A DNA stretch of 63,512 nt, the filler included, from Octopus bimaculoides (Eukaryota): NCBI RefSeq assembly GCF_001194135.2. It is 5 parts of 5 records of this genome, joined end to end, with 100 filler letters (N's around TTAATTAATTAA, not from the genome) between each part and the next. Parts side by side here need not be neighbours in the genome. Positions count along the whole stretch, not along the records: positions 40,458 to 61,488 come from NC_068993.1; positions 61,589 to 63,512 come from NW_026302929.1; 3 more parts are not named here. One strand, given 5' to 3'. The notes beneath the pieces were generated by a model. That model was not told the DNA's origin. It saw only the letters and a program-made list of their open reading frames with translations, and did not search any database. Below, piece by piece: positions 49,370 to 62,400 of the stretch. A program made the translations under genes and the position numbers. Positions within the stretch are counted from its first letter, which is position 1; each line of letters opens with the position of its first letter.

Positions 49370-49690
49370 CTCACTTTTCGGTCCAAAATCACTGCTTCAA
49401 GGTCCTGGGACATTCCAGGCCAGTGTGTGTGATTAAGTTGTCGATGTAAATGTGACGACGTTTTCCTCTTCTTACATCACCACGAAATGGGTTCCACAAG
49501 ACTAATTTGGATGATTCCAGTTCATGCAGTGACCAAATAGCCGCAGCCGTCTTTGATCTTCTCGTTAACTTTCAACTAGTCTCCATAAAGGCATTCGTTT
49601 GTCATATGTTACCGCCATTTCACATTTAGGGCCATTCGTAGCATCCTTGTGTAGCTACCATCTAGCCCATTTGATAATTTCTTTGTGACT
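49370..49690 (-). mobile_element. RTE-clade LINE 3' coding end
   Basis: LDGSYTRMLRMALNVKW, RLRLFGHC, RGKRRHIYIDNL. Confidence 0.75.
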
Positions 49691-50258
49691 GTTCACGTTT
49701 CACTGCCATATAATAGCTTCTCCTATTGATATTTTAATGCAAAATTTTATTTTCATTTTAATGTCAGCTAAGAATATGTCGTGCGTGGGAAATGAAAAGA
49801 GGTTCACCTACCTTCCTCTCTCTCGTCTGCGCCTGTCTAGTAGAAGTCACTACTTCTACTAGAAGCAGAGCGATCCTGCCCTATCCTGTCGCCCAGTATA
49901 AGCAGCTGCTATCTGACCAACCCAGGAACGAATTCCCTGACGTTCGTTCACGATGTCTTGGCGGGCAAGAAGAGGCCGACCCTGTCCTGTCTCCCCCGCA
50001 TTCCCTTCTCACGCACCCTCTTTCGGTCAGTCCCTTGACCATTGACGTCATGGCCCTCTTCTTCCGGCTCATCCTCATAAAATATAAGACGCATATATTT
50101 TGATCAGCACATACAACGTCTTCACAAGCACCGATACACTTAAAATGAGAGTACTTGTCATAAATTAAATTAAAACAGGTAAAGATAGCGCAAGTATGAC
50201 GAATAAAATAGCTCTAGCGACATCTTGTATGTGTGGAGGACGGTGAAATATAAATGAA

Positions 50259-50695
50259 GTGCAGGCGTGGCAGTGTAGTAAGAAGCTTGCTTCCCAACCA
50301 CATGGTTCTAGTCTCAGTCCCACTGCATGGCACTTTGAACAAGCGTCTTCTACTATAGCCTCGGACCGATCAAAGCCTTGTGAGTGGATTTGGCAGACGG
50401 AAACTGAAAGAAGCCCGTCGTATATATATATATATNNNNNNNNNNNNNNNNNNNNNNNNNNNNNATATATATTGATATGTGTGGTTTTGTGTTTGTGTTT
50501 GTACCGCCCCCACTGCTTCACAACCGGTGTTGGTGTGTTTAAATCCTCGTAATTTAGCGGTTCGGCAAAAGAGACCGATAGAATAAGTACTAGGCTTTAA
50601 AAAAGTACTGGGGTCGGTTCATTCGACTAATAATTCTTCAAGCCAGTGCCCCAGTATGGTCGCAGCCTAATGACTGAAACAAGTAAAAGAATAAA
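50259..50695 (+). mobile_element. SINE family A, near full length
   Basis: Head, CORE-like segment, (TA)n+gap, 3' half ending ATGACTGAAACAAGTAAAAGAATAAA. Confidence 0.9.
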
Positions 50696-51421
50696 TGAAT
50701 AAAAGAATCAACTGTATAGATGCGAGCGTAGCTCGCTGTTAAGAAATTCGTTTTGTAAGCACATGGTCTCGACGTCGGTCCCACTGTGTAGTATTTGGGG
50801 AAAGTATCTTCTACTTTTGATTTACGTCAGTCAATGCTCTGCGAGTAAAATTGTTTGGTTGACGGAACTCTGTGTACGTGCATTTGTCTATAAATATCAG
50901 TCTATGTTTTTGAAATAGCCTGTCTTCATGCCCCATAATTTAGCGGTGCGACAAATACATCTCGTTAAAATAAATATGTTTTAAAAACAAACATCAGGGT
51001 CGATATAATCGACGGAAACCTTTGAAGGTGTTATCCCAGCATAGTCGCAATCCATTTACTGAACCAGTTGAACGTGTATTTATAATTATGGTAGTTTGTT
51101 TACACTGGATTAGGGTAGCATATACTCGTATATTCAACCACTAAAATGTCTTCATTTTATAAGCTATGTTGCTTCTCAACTATTCTAATTATTGTTAATA
51201 AATGCCTATTTATCATCTATGAAAGGAATGAATTCGACCTCATTGATGAGAACGTAAGAAATCAGTTACTGAACTGTAGAATCACCGTCATCTCATGCAA
51301 CCAATTAGAGAACTTAAGCAAAACAACGAGGGTTAACATCTGAAACACAAAATAATTTCCCATGAGAATCAAATATAATTTCGCTACCTGGAATATCAAA
51401 CCAATGAGAGAGCTTCTACAT

Positions 51422-51703
51422 CAAGGGTTCTCAACCATTTTTCATTTTTAGGTCCCTTTGATTACTATTTTATTCTGGACCCCCAAAATTTCTATTTTGT
51501 TTTTCACACATTAACCTGAGTGGGTTGAATTGCGTAAAATGTGAGCGTAAGAAACCTAGCTACTTCTCGCAATACATACCAATACATACCTCTAAAACAA
51601 CATTTTTCAAGAACCCTTAAAATACTACAGTGAATTTCTAATTTGTATTTTATTGCGTGGACCCCCCAAAAATCTTATATGGAGTCTCAGTTGATAACCA
51701 CTA
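51422..51703. mobile_element. hAT-like MITE
   Basis: Termini CAAGGGTTCTCAACC / GTTGATAACCACT; related copy at 55648-55841. Confidence 0.6.
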
Positions 51704-52245
51704 TTATAGGTGGTTCATCGTCCTATCAGTAAAAACAAATAAATATCTCTCAAAAACCCTGGCCGTCTTAAAAAAGAGGAAGAAGACATAATATTGTGGT
51801 AATCCTAGATAACCTTATATATTACTGGATAATTTTGACAATTGATATGCTCGCTCATACAAGAATAAACCGGGCATTAAAATTAGATTCATGTTATAAA
51901 GTATCGAAGAGTCAATTTACAGAACCTGTTTTGTTTTTTACATACTTTAGTTAATAATTTCAGAATCTAGTATACGCTTTATCTATACTCAGAAAGCTAA
52001 GTAGCTTAATGCAAAAGATAAATCAAGAAACAATAAAAATACTTGTTTTTTAGATGCCGTTTTTGTATTCACATTGCTAATTGCCTGACCTTATTGTTGA
52101 CTCTACTTGATTACCCCATTTATGGGAATATTTACTGACGTGGCCTTATCTTGTCAAGACGTCGTTTGTCGATGCAACAGGCTTCAATCCCACACTCATT
52201 ATTGTTATTTGTAAAACTCTCTTCCAAACACACACACACACACAC

Positions 52246-52287
<42 letters not shown>

Positions 52288-52633
52288 GCACATACTCAAT
52301 GTATGTGTTTTGCTTGTCCGCCGGATTTGCTGCGGTATAGCGCTTGGCGATAACTCCCACCTAACTCCAATGAATACCGATATTTCGCTATAACTCCTGA
52401 ATTAAATTGGCGGCGAATTGTCTCGCCTGTCTGACTTTCTGGTATTTTAACACCCAACATTACGAGGTAGTCGTCCCCCAGGCGTTATACTGCAGCGAAT
52501 CCAGTGAACAAACAAAACACATACATCGAGGATGTGCGATCGATTATGTATATGTATGTATGTATGTATGTATGTACGTATGTATGTATGTATGTATGTA
52601 TGTATGTATGTATGTATGTATGTACATATATAC

Positions 52634-52668
<35 letters not shown>

Positions 52669-53555
52669 CATATATATACATATATACNNNNNNNNNNATA
52701 TATATATATATAGGATACACTCAGGACACTATTATAACAAAAGATTTAACGCCACCCCACTTGGGTCGAACGAATATTAGGGATGCATACTGAAATAACT
52801 GCTGCGTCAGTAGCCTCACTGATCCCCAAGTATGTTGCGGGATACTCGCGACCTGCAAAAAGAGAAAAGGAATAGCAACTTTCACTCGCACACCTCTAAT
52901 GATGGTTAAACAAAGCCTAAGTCACTTGCAGAATGTATGGAATTACAGGAAGATACTGGATTAATAGGGAAAATGAAATATGTCCAGATTGACTCACTGC
53001 ATCCCATATAACCCAATGTACTACATGAATCTCAGCTGAAGGAGACATAGTATAACTAGGGAGACGGATCCGTTGTTCGACCGACTTTTTGTGCACTACG
53101 GAACTGCTCTATCATGACTGACACTCAACTATCCAATAACAACGACGGAAGTGAGAGTTTCACGTCAAGGCTATATATAAAAAAAGGATACATTAACATT
53201 CAATTTTATCTAAACTACTCCCAGACCTTTTTATTGAAACCATTGTGGCATGCCTATCTTCAAATACAAACCAAATACAGTTTCAAATAATCTTTATCTG
53301 CATATCTTCAAATCATTTTGATACTTCATAAAACCAATGGCAGGCAAAGTAAATACTGTCATATGAGAAAAACAGTACTGTCTTCTGTCGGTTTTATAGA
53401 TTTTTTTTATAGAGAAAATGGATATTAATAATCTTTTATGAAGTTGAATCTTAAAAGGAAAGCTAGTAACAACACAAAGAAAAGCACCAACAATACTGGT
53501 TTCCTGAAGACATCACGTCGAAGTGACTGCCCCAATTTGACATTTGACATGCAAT

Positions 53556-53556
<1 letters not shown>

Positions 53557-53613
<57 letters not shown>

Positions 53614-53645
53614 GAGAGGGAGAGAGAGATAGAGAGTGGGAGAGA
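53557..53645. repeat. (GA)n microsatellite
   Basis: Direct reading. Confidence 0.95.
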
Positions 53646-55647
53646 AACTTCGAATATACAACCAGCCTGCACTAGACATTCTCCTAGGAAATAGTTATCG
53701 AATAAACGGACATCCAATTACAACAAAATGCTCTTACGGGTTAACTTAGCAAGGAAACACAGACGAAAGTAGTTAGACTATGTGTCGTATCGTTCTGACT
53801 ATAACAACCGTGGTAATATACCAGTATTATTATACGTGTCCTTAATAATTCATGTCAAGGAATATAAAAACGCATTTTAATTCACAGGTATTTGGACAAA
53901 TGTCTTCACTGTAAAATTAGTTACAACAATCACGGTTGCTAATAGAAATATTGGCAAATTAAGAATGAACAGGGATCTGTAGGCACCTTAAACTAGAACC
54001 TAATTGTGGGCTGAGCGGCGTTTTGGTTTGAACTTAATTTTTCACAATAGATTTATTTTGTGTAATCTATCGTTACAGTCCGTTTTTCAGTGCTATTATA
54101 GTGATGGTAGGTGGTCTTGTATCTATCAAATGATGTACACAAAAATGTCAATAGATTGAGATTTGTCTTCCAAAGGAAATAAAAAAAACCCTAACGACAA
54201 TTGTAAGCGATTCTCTAAGTGATCGTTTCAAGAAACTAAGAATTGATTTCATATAAAGTTTAATTTTTAAGTTGCTATACTTTGGGAAGATCATATAAAC
54301 ACGCGTTTGTATTTCTCTCCAGTGTTTGATATATTGTCAAAGATTTTTCATTAAACAACTGTGATCATTTCAGTTTGAAATTATTATGACTTTACTGTCA
54401 ATGTATCTCCCCCCCCCCATAAAATGTAACAATAACGGTTCCTACACATAATTTTAGATGAAAAAAAAAAATATTGCAATACACGTAATTAGTGAATAAG
54501 TTGATCTTAAGGAGAAAATCTGCTCTTCGTAATGGTGACCTCACTGGTGAAATTGGGCCTTCTCATGCGTGCTCAATTTAGTAGTAGAAAATTTTCTTTG
54601 TGAGAGCTTTTAGTTGCTGAAATATTGAGTAAAGCATATTTATTTACATATCACTCTTAGTTCGATAGTTTTTCTATTCTTTAATTTATTTCATATTTTC
54701 ACTACTATTTCTTTACCAGCATTTTAACTTCTGCAACTTAATAAAGGACTGAACCAGTGCGTGTGTTTATTACCGGCATAATGCCTCTCCCAAGGTTTAA
54801 TTGTAAACGATATTGTTATCTTTGAATTTTTGTTGGGTTTTTCTCCTTTTACTTAAACTTTCACATATTACTTTCATATTGTCTTGGAGGATAATACAAT
54901 CTATAGTTTGCCTGTAGATAACTTAGAACACGCTCGAAATACCATTTAATTAAACAGCTGCTACAGGAAATACACAACAGTGTAGACACAGCTCACACCA
55001 CTCACTTTAATCCAATTTAGCTACATTGATCGCAATGAAAGCAACTGGGAAGCTGGAATAGATCGAAGCAACTTGTTAGCGTATAAAGCTGCTAAAAGAC
55101 CTGTAATATCGATAGTGCAACAAATAAACGTTGTCTATTCTGTTGTTGATTATAATCTTTCCTACTAAAGGTGTAATGCCTGAAATTTATGAGGTGAGAA
55201 TTAGTCGAATACATCGTCCCCTGTGTTTCACTGGTACTTAATTTATCGACCCCAAAAGGATGAAAGGCAAATATAATAGAAGAATAGTCTGTCGTAAATC
55301 TTCATGAAAAACAATGATTCAGAACAGCTACTATGAAAACAGCTACAGTTTTCTTCTCCGGAAAGAAAAAGTGGTAATTCTACGCGGTAACTTGACCTGT
55401 CAAGTTATACAATATAGTTACAAAAAAAAAAAAAGAAAGAACACTTTAGATAATATAATCCTAGGTACTCCTCAAAGGCTGTATGTTAAAGGCTGTCACT
55501 TGTTTTAATGTTTTTCTTTATATCTGGATTATATATAAGTTATGCCAGTCGGTTAAAAAATAACCTGCTTCTGGTTACTATGCACACCAGTACTTTCGAT
55601 TCCATGGACGGGCCGTAGAGGGATAATCGGGTAATATCACTCTAGGG

Positions 55648-55841
55648 CAGAGATTCTCAACCATTTGATTCCAATTTTAATCGGATGGACTCTCATAATT
55701 TTTACAATTAAATATTATTAGGAATTCTATAAAAAATATCGTTAAAATATTTTGTATAACTAATTTAATGCGCATAATTTTTAACAACAAAACCTTATAT
55801 GGATCTTTAAGGACCACATGGACCCCAGTTGAGAACCACTT
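55648..55841. mobile_element. hAT-like MITE, same family as 51422
   Basis: Termini CAGAGATTCTCAACC / GTTGAGAACCACT; shared internal CTTATATGGA. Confidence 0.6.
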
Positions 55842-56867
55842 CTCATCAGAACATTCTAACGAATCCTCTGATGACTCAACAAAGTCACCAATTCTGTAAT
55901 TAAATCAATACACATGAAAAGATGAAAATATATTTGTTCAGAGAGAAACAAATTATAAAAGAGTATTTGTTAGAAGGGAATTTTAATCTTTAATTTAATA
56001 GATGAATATTTTATTGACGTCATAGGAATTGATATACTTGGAGAGAATGTGAAAACCTAGGGCAGTGGAGGGTAGAGAGAGAAGACTTGTCGAGAAGGTC
56101 AGAGGAACCCAACTTTGGCTCAATGACCATTTATCAAAATTATAAATGCAGTGAGGTCCCATCTAAGCTGTTGAGTGTAGCGTTGCTAACTTATGGTAAC
56201 CCCTGCAGCTTTTGGTCTTATTCAAACGTACCGCAGATGCCATTCCTCTAAATCAGGGAGATCCGTGTGAGAAAAGCTTTGTGATAAGTGAACTTTTCTA
56301 AGTGGCTTAAAACTAATCCTGACTGATTGCATTGTTGCAAACTATAAACATATATTATTCATATACACAAGTATGTAAGTATGCATAAAGATATAAATAA
56401 CTAATGATGATGATGATGATAATGATGACGACGATAAATAAAGCAATCCTGTGATCATCTGAGAGCGTTGTACATTTTACACTTGTGATACAGACGTTGA
56501 TAAAGTTTTCAATGAGGTGTACTCACTTTTGACTCAGCAAATTTAATAGAACTAAAGAGATTCTATTTAACCACGTGGATAAAAATAACCACACTTAGGA
56601 GAACCAACAAAAGCTGACTTAGAAAAATAAAGAGAGAAAAACCCCAGAAAAGTAGAATCATGAGTAAATTAGAACATTCAAAACACAGAGGTTGAGTAAT
56701 ATTACCACATCCGCATTTTAATACTTTTGGTTTGAGACAGAGATATAACTTCAGTTCGAGAGGTTTTCGCGTACGCCTCCTTAAATCTGTAGTAAAAACA
56801 GGAATTATCAACTGCAAATACAAAACTATATATCTCCACACGGATCAGTTTAGTTCAAAATTCTTCT

Positions 56868-57072
56868 CCCTTTAGCCATTCAAATTTTTTTTTGTCAAAT
56901 GTAATGCCTATTTTGAATTAACCATGCATTATCTTGCAGCTCAGAGATTTCGATGACATGATTGAATATTTTCACGATATTGTAGAATAGGTGTGAGAAA
57001 CCAGATCAGGCCAGATTTAACTTAAAACAGGTAGAATATTTGGGCTGGAAATGGTCGATTTAACTGTTAAAA
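56868..57072. mobile_element. Possible piggyBac-type MITE
   Basis: Starts CCCTTTAGC; right end is a decayed inverted match; no intact TTAA site. Confidence 0.35.
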
Positions 57073-57139
57073 ATTTATGATTTCTTCAGATTTATCATAT
57101 TTGATCGAACAAACGACGTACGGGTATACTGATTTCATA

Positions 57140-57560
57140 TTTTCGCACGAGGCCAGCAATTTCGAGTGAAGGGGTAAGTCGATTACATCGACCCTAGTGA
57201 TCACCTGGTACTAAAGGGCAACAGGTAAAGTCGGCCTTGGCGAAATTTGGACTCAGAACATAAAGACGAACGAAATACCGCTAAGCAGTTTGTCCGACAT
57301 GCTAACGATTTTGCAAGCTCGCAATCTTAAGAAATGATAATAATCCTTTCTACTATTGGCACAAGGCCTGAAATTTGAGGGAAGTGGACGAGTCGATTAC
57401 ATCGACCCCAGTGTTTCACTGGTACTTAATTTATCGATTTCGAAAGAATGAAAGGCAAAAACCAACCTCGACGGAATTTGAACTCAGAACATAGCGACAG
57501 GCGAAATACCGCTAAGCATTTCGTCCGACGTGCTAACTATTCTACAAGCTCGCAATCTTA
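57140..57560 (-). mobile_element. Two head-to-tail SINE family B copies
   Basis: About 57140-57330 and 57338-57560; both end in CAAGCTCGCAATCTTA. Confidence 0.85.
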
Positions 57561-57575
57561 GACAACAACAACAAC

Positions 57576-57631
<56 letters not shown>

Positions 57632-57799
57632 TGATGATGATGATGATGATGATGAGGATGATGATGATGATGCTGCTGCTGATGATAATGATAAACAAAC
57701 AACATCACAGAAACAAATAATTTGATCAAGGCAGCAAGTATTGTGGTAGCAGAAAACGTGGGTGTTGATGTCAAGCAAAAAAAAAAAAAAAACAATGGG

Positions 57800-58735
57800 A
57801 GTGACAAAAGAAGAGATCCATGATGGAAAAGAAGAATAAGGCAGGGTTAGATATGCTCTCGAAGGAAATTTCTGTGTTAGACCGAAAAGAGAAAGGGGAG
57901 CTTAAAAGCGAATAAAAATACAGGGCACTGAAAAGGAAGTATAATATTGAAAGAAAAGGCCTGACAGTAGTAGTGGAGGAACTGAAACAGTGCCTCGTTG
58001 CAAAGAAAGCAAAGATGGTAAGATACGACCAAAGAATGAAGGGTTACCAACAGAATAGGTTATTCAGAGTAGATCAAAAGAGATTCTATAAAGAAATAGA
58101 TGGAGAGTGTACAGATGAAAAGTTGATACCAGATAACATTGAAAGTCAAAGGTTTTGAAGTGACATCTGGAGCAAAGACAAGGAGCACAAGAAGGATGCT
58201 GAATGGTTGCAAGAACTGAAACAAAACAGACAGAACTAGTCATTTCAGTTAGGGAAGTGAAGGAAATCAGCAAAAAAAAAAAAAAAAATTAGCAACTGGA
58301 AGGCCCCGGGACCAGTTGGAGTTCAAGGCTACTGGATCAAAAGATTTGATGAATGTCATGCACGAATAGCTGCGCAACTCAACACCTTGTTAAATGCCGA
58401 CCAGGTAACACCAGAGTGGTTGACATTGGGTAGGACAGTGCTGTGCTTGAAAAACATCGAAAAAAGCAATACGGTAGACAATTACAAGCCGATGTCCTGC
58501 TTGCCACTTATATGGAAATTATTGACTGGAATACTCGCGGAGTCAATGTACGAACATCTGGAAAAGAACAGAGTCCTTCCACATGAGCAGAAGGTTTGCA
58601 AGCGTAAGTGCAGCAGTACCAAGGATCAACTCCTAATAGACAAAACTGTACTTAGAGACCACAAGAGGAGGAAAACTAACTTAGCCTTGTCATGGATCGA
58701 AAATCGTAAAGCGTATGGCATATTACCAGTCAGTG
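57800..58735 (+). mobile_element. R4/Dong-clade LINE, N-terminal part of the RT region
   Basis: [74 protein letters not shown]. Confidence 0.9.
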
Positions 58736-58802
58736 TATGCCACTAGCTCAGAAAGAATATAAAAGACGTCATGACTACATAACAAGTATTGTCTAAACTA
58801 CT

Positions 58803-58843
58803 CCAGACTGATGATGAGCAATGACTCTGAAACTCGTCTCTGG
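58803..58843 (+). ncRNA. Candidate minimal type I hammerhead ribozyme
   Basis: Stem I CCAGA/UCUGG; core CUGAUGA; U; stem II GAG-CAAUGA-CUC; U; GAAA; C-UC-G; GUC cleavage triplet (58836-58838). Confidence 0.65.
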
Positions 58844-59923
58844 GTGCTAGCTTTGCTGGGTGGAGGTGCTTGTCTCCACTTTGAAGACATAAGGACACGG
58901 GAAATGTGTCAAGTCCAACAGGAAACGATGTTTCCTAGGGCTAAATAACAGTAGCATTCTTCTCTTTCATGGGACTGTCACATTAAGTTGACAACATACT
59001 ATCACTTTACAACTGTTGTGTTGTTGAGTCCCAGATGAACCCCTACCAAATAGACCTATGAACAAAGATATTCCAGCCAGGACTATCCCGTCTGTTCAAA
59101 GAACCCTAGAACATATTATCCATTATACAAAGTGTCATGTTTTGAAAGACGGTTGAGTGTGATTTGAGGAAGATATGTTTGTTATCTCTAGCAGGATGAG
59201 TGAACATGTAGATCTCTATATTGGCTCGTTTTTCAATATTAAAAAGATGACTGCTCTAACCAAAGATATTGCAGTGCATCTCAACCGATCGAACCAAGGA
59301 AACTGTGTTTCAATTGGCTTTTCATTTGTCGATACTGTCTGTTGGTCACAGCTCTTAACACAGAAATGTCAACGTGGGCATTTTTTCCGGCGACAGGAAG
59401 AATTATTTGAACTTAGGACATACAAAGCCGGAAAAGATACGTTCCAACAATTCTAACTATCTACCACGGTACCAGTACTTTATTTATCGATCCTGAAAAA
59501 ATGAAGAAGAAAGTCGATTGTATCCTGACGGGATTTGAACTGAAGGCGCAGAAAGTCGGAACATGTAGCACAAAGCATTCTAACCGTAGCTCTAATGATC
59601 ACTGGCTCGGAATCGAAATTTGCTTAAGGGCTGCAAAACCCGGTCCAACATGTTTTACTGACAAGGTCTTGTTTTTTATTTTATTTTATTATTATTCTTC
59701 TTTTGTTCTTTGAGAAGAAACCAAACCTCCAGTTACTTATTTACAGATAACTTTTTATAGTTTTCTAAACCCGAGGAAAGGAAGTAGAGGCAAAAACTTT
59801 GATTTTGCATATTCCTCCCTCACTAGAAAAAAAAAATAGGAGTGTGCTTGAATCCCCTGCCCTCTCTTTTTCCGGGGCCATGCCGATGATTCTACAAAGT
59901 TATCAATTCTGCAATGAAATCAA

Positions 59924-60163
59924 CTAGCAGAAAGACCGCCCTCCGAGGCAGTCTTTCCAAATTTGATTTCCAATTCTAATCCATTTTATGATATTTTACG
60001 TCTAATTATTTCTTTGTATAATAGTGCTCACTTGCTTAGTAAATATTGCTTTCATTATTTCATCACAGTCATAATCCTTTTGTTTTAAGAGTCAATCTGT
60101 TATATATATTTATCATTAATAATTGATAGAACTTACATAGGTGTGCGTAGATAGATAGGTTGG

Positions 60164-60199
<36 letters not shown>

Positions 60200-61430
60200 G
60201 GAAGACACACACACACACACAAACACACACAAACACACACACACACACACACACACACGCTAAAGGCTGGTGCTGTGAGAACAAATGGGAATGACGCTTC
60301 CTTACTTCTCAAATATACCCAAATTAAAATGATCTAATATAACGATATCATTCATTCGGCATGTGTTGAAATATAACAAAACAATTTAATTCCACACAAA
60401 TGTATGTTACTTTACATATAATTTATGTGTTATTTCTATTTACAGAAACTTGTTAAAAACCATATTTTGCTTTAAAGTAGTATCTCCTTGTAGACACAAT
60501 TGTCAGTTTCCATCTCTCTCAGACAATATTTTTACATTAGCCTTGTTTCGAACTTTAGATAATGCAACATACAGCTAACCATGTGAGAAGAATTGTGTCG
60601 GTAGATATATTCCAATTTGTTCAAAAGTCTTTCCCTGTGCGTTGTTGTACGTCAAAGCAAAAGCTGGCTTGACAGGAAATTGTTTGCATGTAAATGTGAA
60701 TGGAAATTCCATTTCTTCAGATACATGTGGTATTCTTGGGATTAGCAGAGTTGATCCTGCTAAGGACTAGAAGCAACGTCAGCCTCAATAACATGATCAT
60801 GTGAACTGACAATGATGTAGTGTGTGCCATTGCAATGTCCATTAGTAGCATCTAAATTTCTCAGAAGCATTATGCATTATTTTTTTTCAGTTCTGAGATT
60901 GTGTGGTGGAAACCTTGATGGTGTAAGTTTGTTGATGAATTCGATTGGATACAGAGTTTCATTATCAACTGTATCTGAGCTTCTGTATATTTTTAGCTCA
61001 CCAGGGATCCTGGTTAACAGAAAATCATTCACAAATTGTGCTGCTTCATTTGTTGGAGTAACAGTGGTTCTATTTGCAAGCCACACAGGGTTTGAGAAGT
61101 TATTTTTGAGGTCAGCATATACAAAATCACATAGATCTGAAAGAGTGCCACTTTTAAGGCAAAATTCATTGGGTAGTTTGATTTTGAATTCATCTAGGCT
61201 TTGCTCAACAGAAGTGTTACGATTTCCTACATCAAGAAGGTAATTAGCAACCTCTCTTTCATCAGAATGACCTTCTGTAAGAAGTCTTAGATTGGTTGGC
61301 AACTCCACTACTTCCACATGATCGCAAAGAAAAGAAGAAAAGATCTCTTTAGTGTTGCATCAACAATTTGTGATCTGACACCATTATTTTGAAGTAGAAT
61401 ATTCTCCTCTCGAGATACCCTAACCAGTCG
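59924..61430 (-). mobile_element. Helitron 3' portion: PIF1 helicase remnant, microsatellite-containing 3' region, hairpin-CTAG terminus
   Basis: ELPTNLRL, YPIEFINKLTP..PPHNL, RNLDATNGHCNGT, IPRIP, QFPVKPAFA, FSHG*LYVALS; minus strand GAAAGACTGCC-TCGGAG-GGCGGTCTTTC-TG-CTAG followed by T. Confidence 0.9.
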
Positions 61431-61589
61431 CTCATGTGTAGCGGAAACAGAATCATGTCTACGTGTCCGTGCATATTCAGATATCTGTNNNNNNNNNNNN
61501 NNNNNNNNNNNNNNNNNNNNNNNNNNNNNNNNTTAATTAATTAANNNNNNNNNNNNNNNNNNNNNNNNNNNNNNNNNNNNNNNNNNNNT

Positions 61590-61652
61590 GTGTGTGTATA
61601 TATATATATATGTGTGTGTGTGTATATATATATATGTACGTATATATATATG

Positions 61653-61690
<38 letters not shown>

Positions 61691-61856
61691 TATGTGTGTG
61701 TGTGTATATATATATATGTGTGTGTGTGTATATATATATATGTGTGTGTGTGTGTATATATATATATGTATGTATATATATATATGTGCGTGTGTATATA
61801 TATTTGTATATATATGTGTGTGTGTGTATGTATATATATATATATATATATATATC
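61590..61856. repeat. Compound (TG)n(TA)n microsatellite
   Basis: Direct reading. Confidence 0.95.
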
Positions 61857-62131
61857 ATAAATCTGTAAAAGCAGTGCACCCGAAATTATGGTGCTGTAGA
61901 TTATAAAGATAAAGGTAGACGTGGCTGGCCGATGAGGGGTTACCCTGAAGAGGTTTAGGGCCTGACGGAGCGCTGTAAAGCTAAACGCTTTATGAACATG
62001 AAACCAAGGGTAACTTAGGAGACCAGCCATTTCTGTCTTTATCTTTATACATGTGTACACACACGAACACACTTATATATATATGTATATATATATAAAA
62101 CTTTTGCTGATTAAATATTAAATATATGTAG

Positions 62132-62171
<40 letters not shown>

Positions 62172-62173
<2 letters not shown>

Positions 62174-62400
62174 TCTTTTACTCTCTTTTACTTGTTCCAG
62201 CCATTTGACTGCGGCCATGCTGGAGCACTGCCTTTAGTCGAGCAAATCGACCCAGGACTTATTTTTTGTAAGCCTAGTACTTATTCTATCGGTCTCTTTT
62301 TGCCGAACCGTTATGTTACGGGGACGTAAACACACCAGCATCGGTTGTCAAGCGATGTTGGGGGGACAAACACAGACACACAAACACACACTCATATATA
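62172..62400 (-). mobile_element. SINE family A 3' half, little diverged from the other copies, cut by a gap
   Basis: TTGACTGCGGCCATGCTGGAGCAC..GGTTGTCAAGCGATG..CAAACACAGACAC. Confidence 0.85.

Noticed and set aside
56563-56841. 92-aa minus-strand ORF with a hydrophobic C-terminus
   Set aside because: No recognisable motif; hydrophobicity reflects T-richness.
57800-58735. Idea that this RT N-terminal fragment and the 2038 RT fragment are halves of one split element
   Set aside because: They overlap at [14 protein letters not shown] vs TNMSMAWIDFKKAY and differ there, so they are separate subfamily copies.
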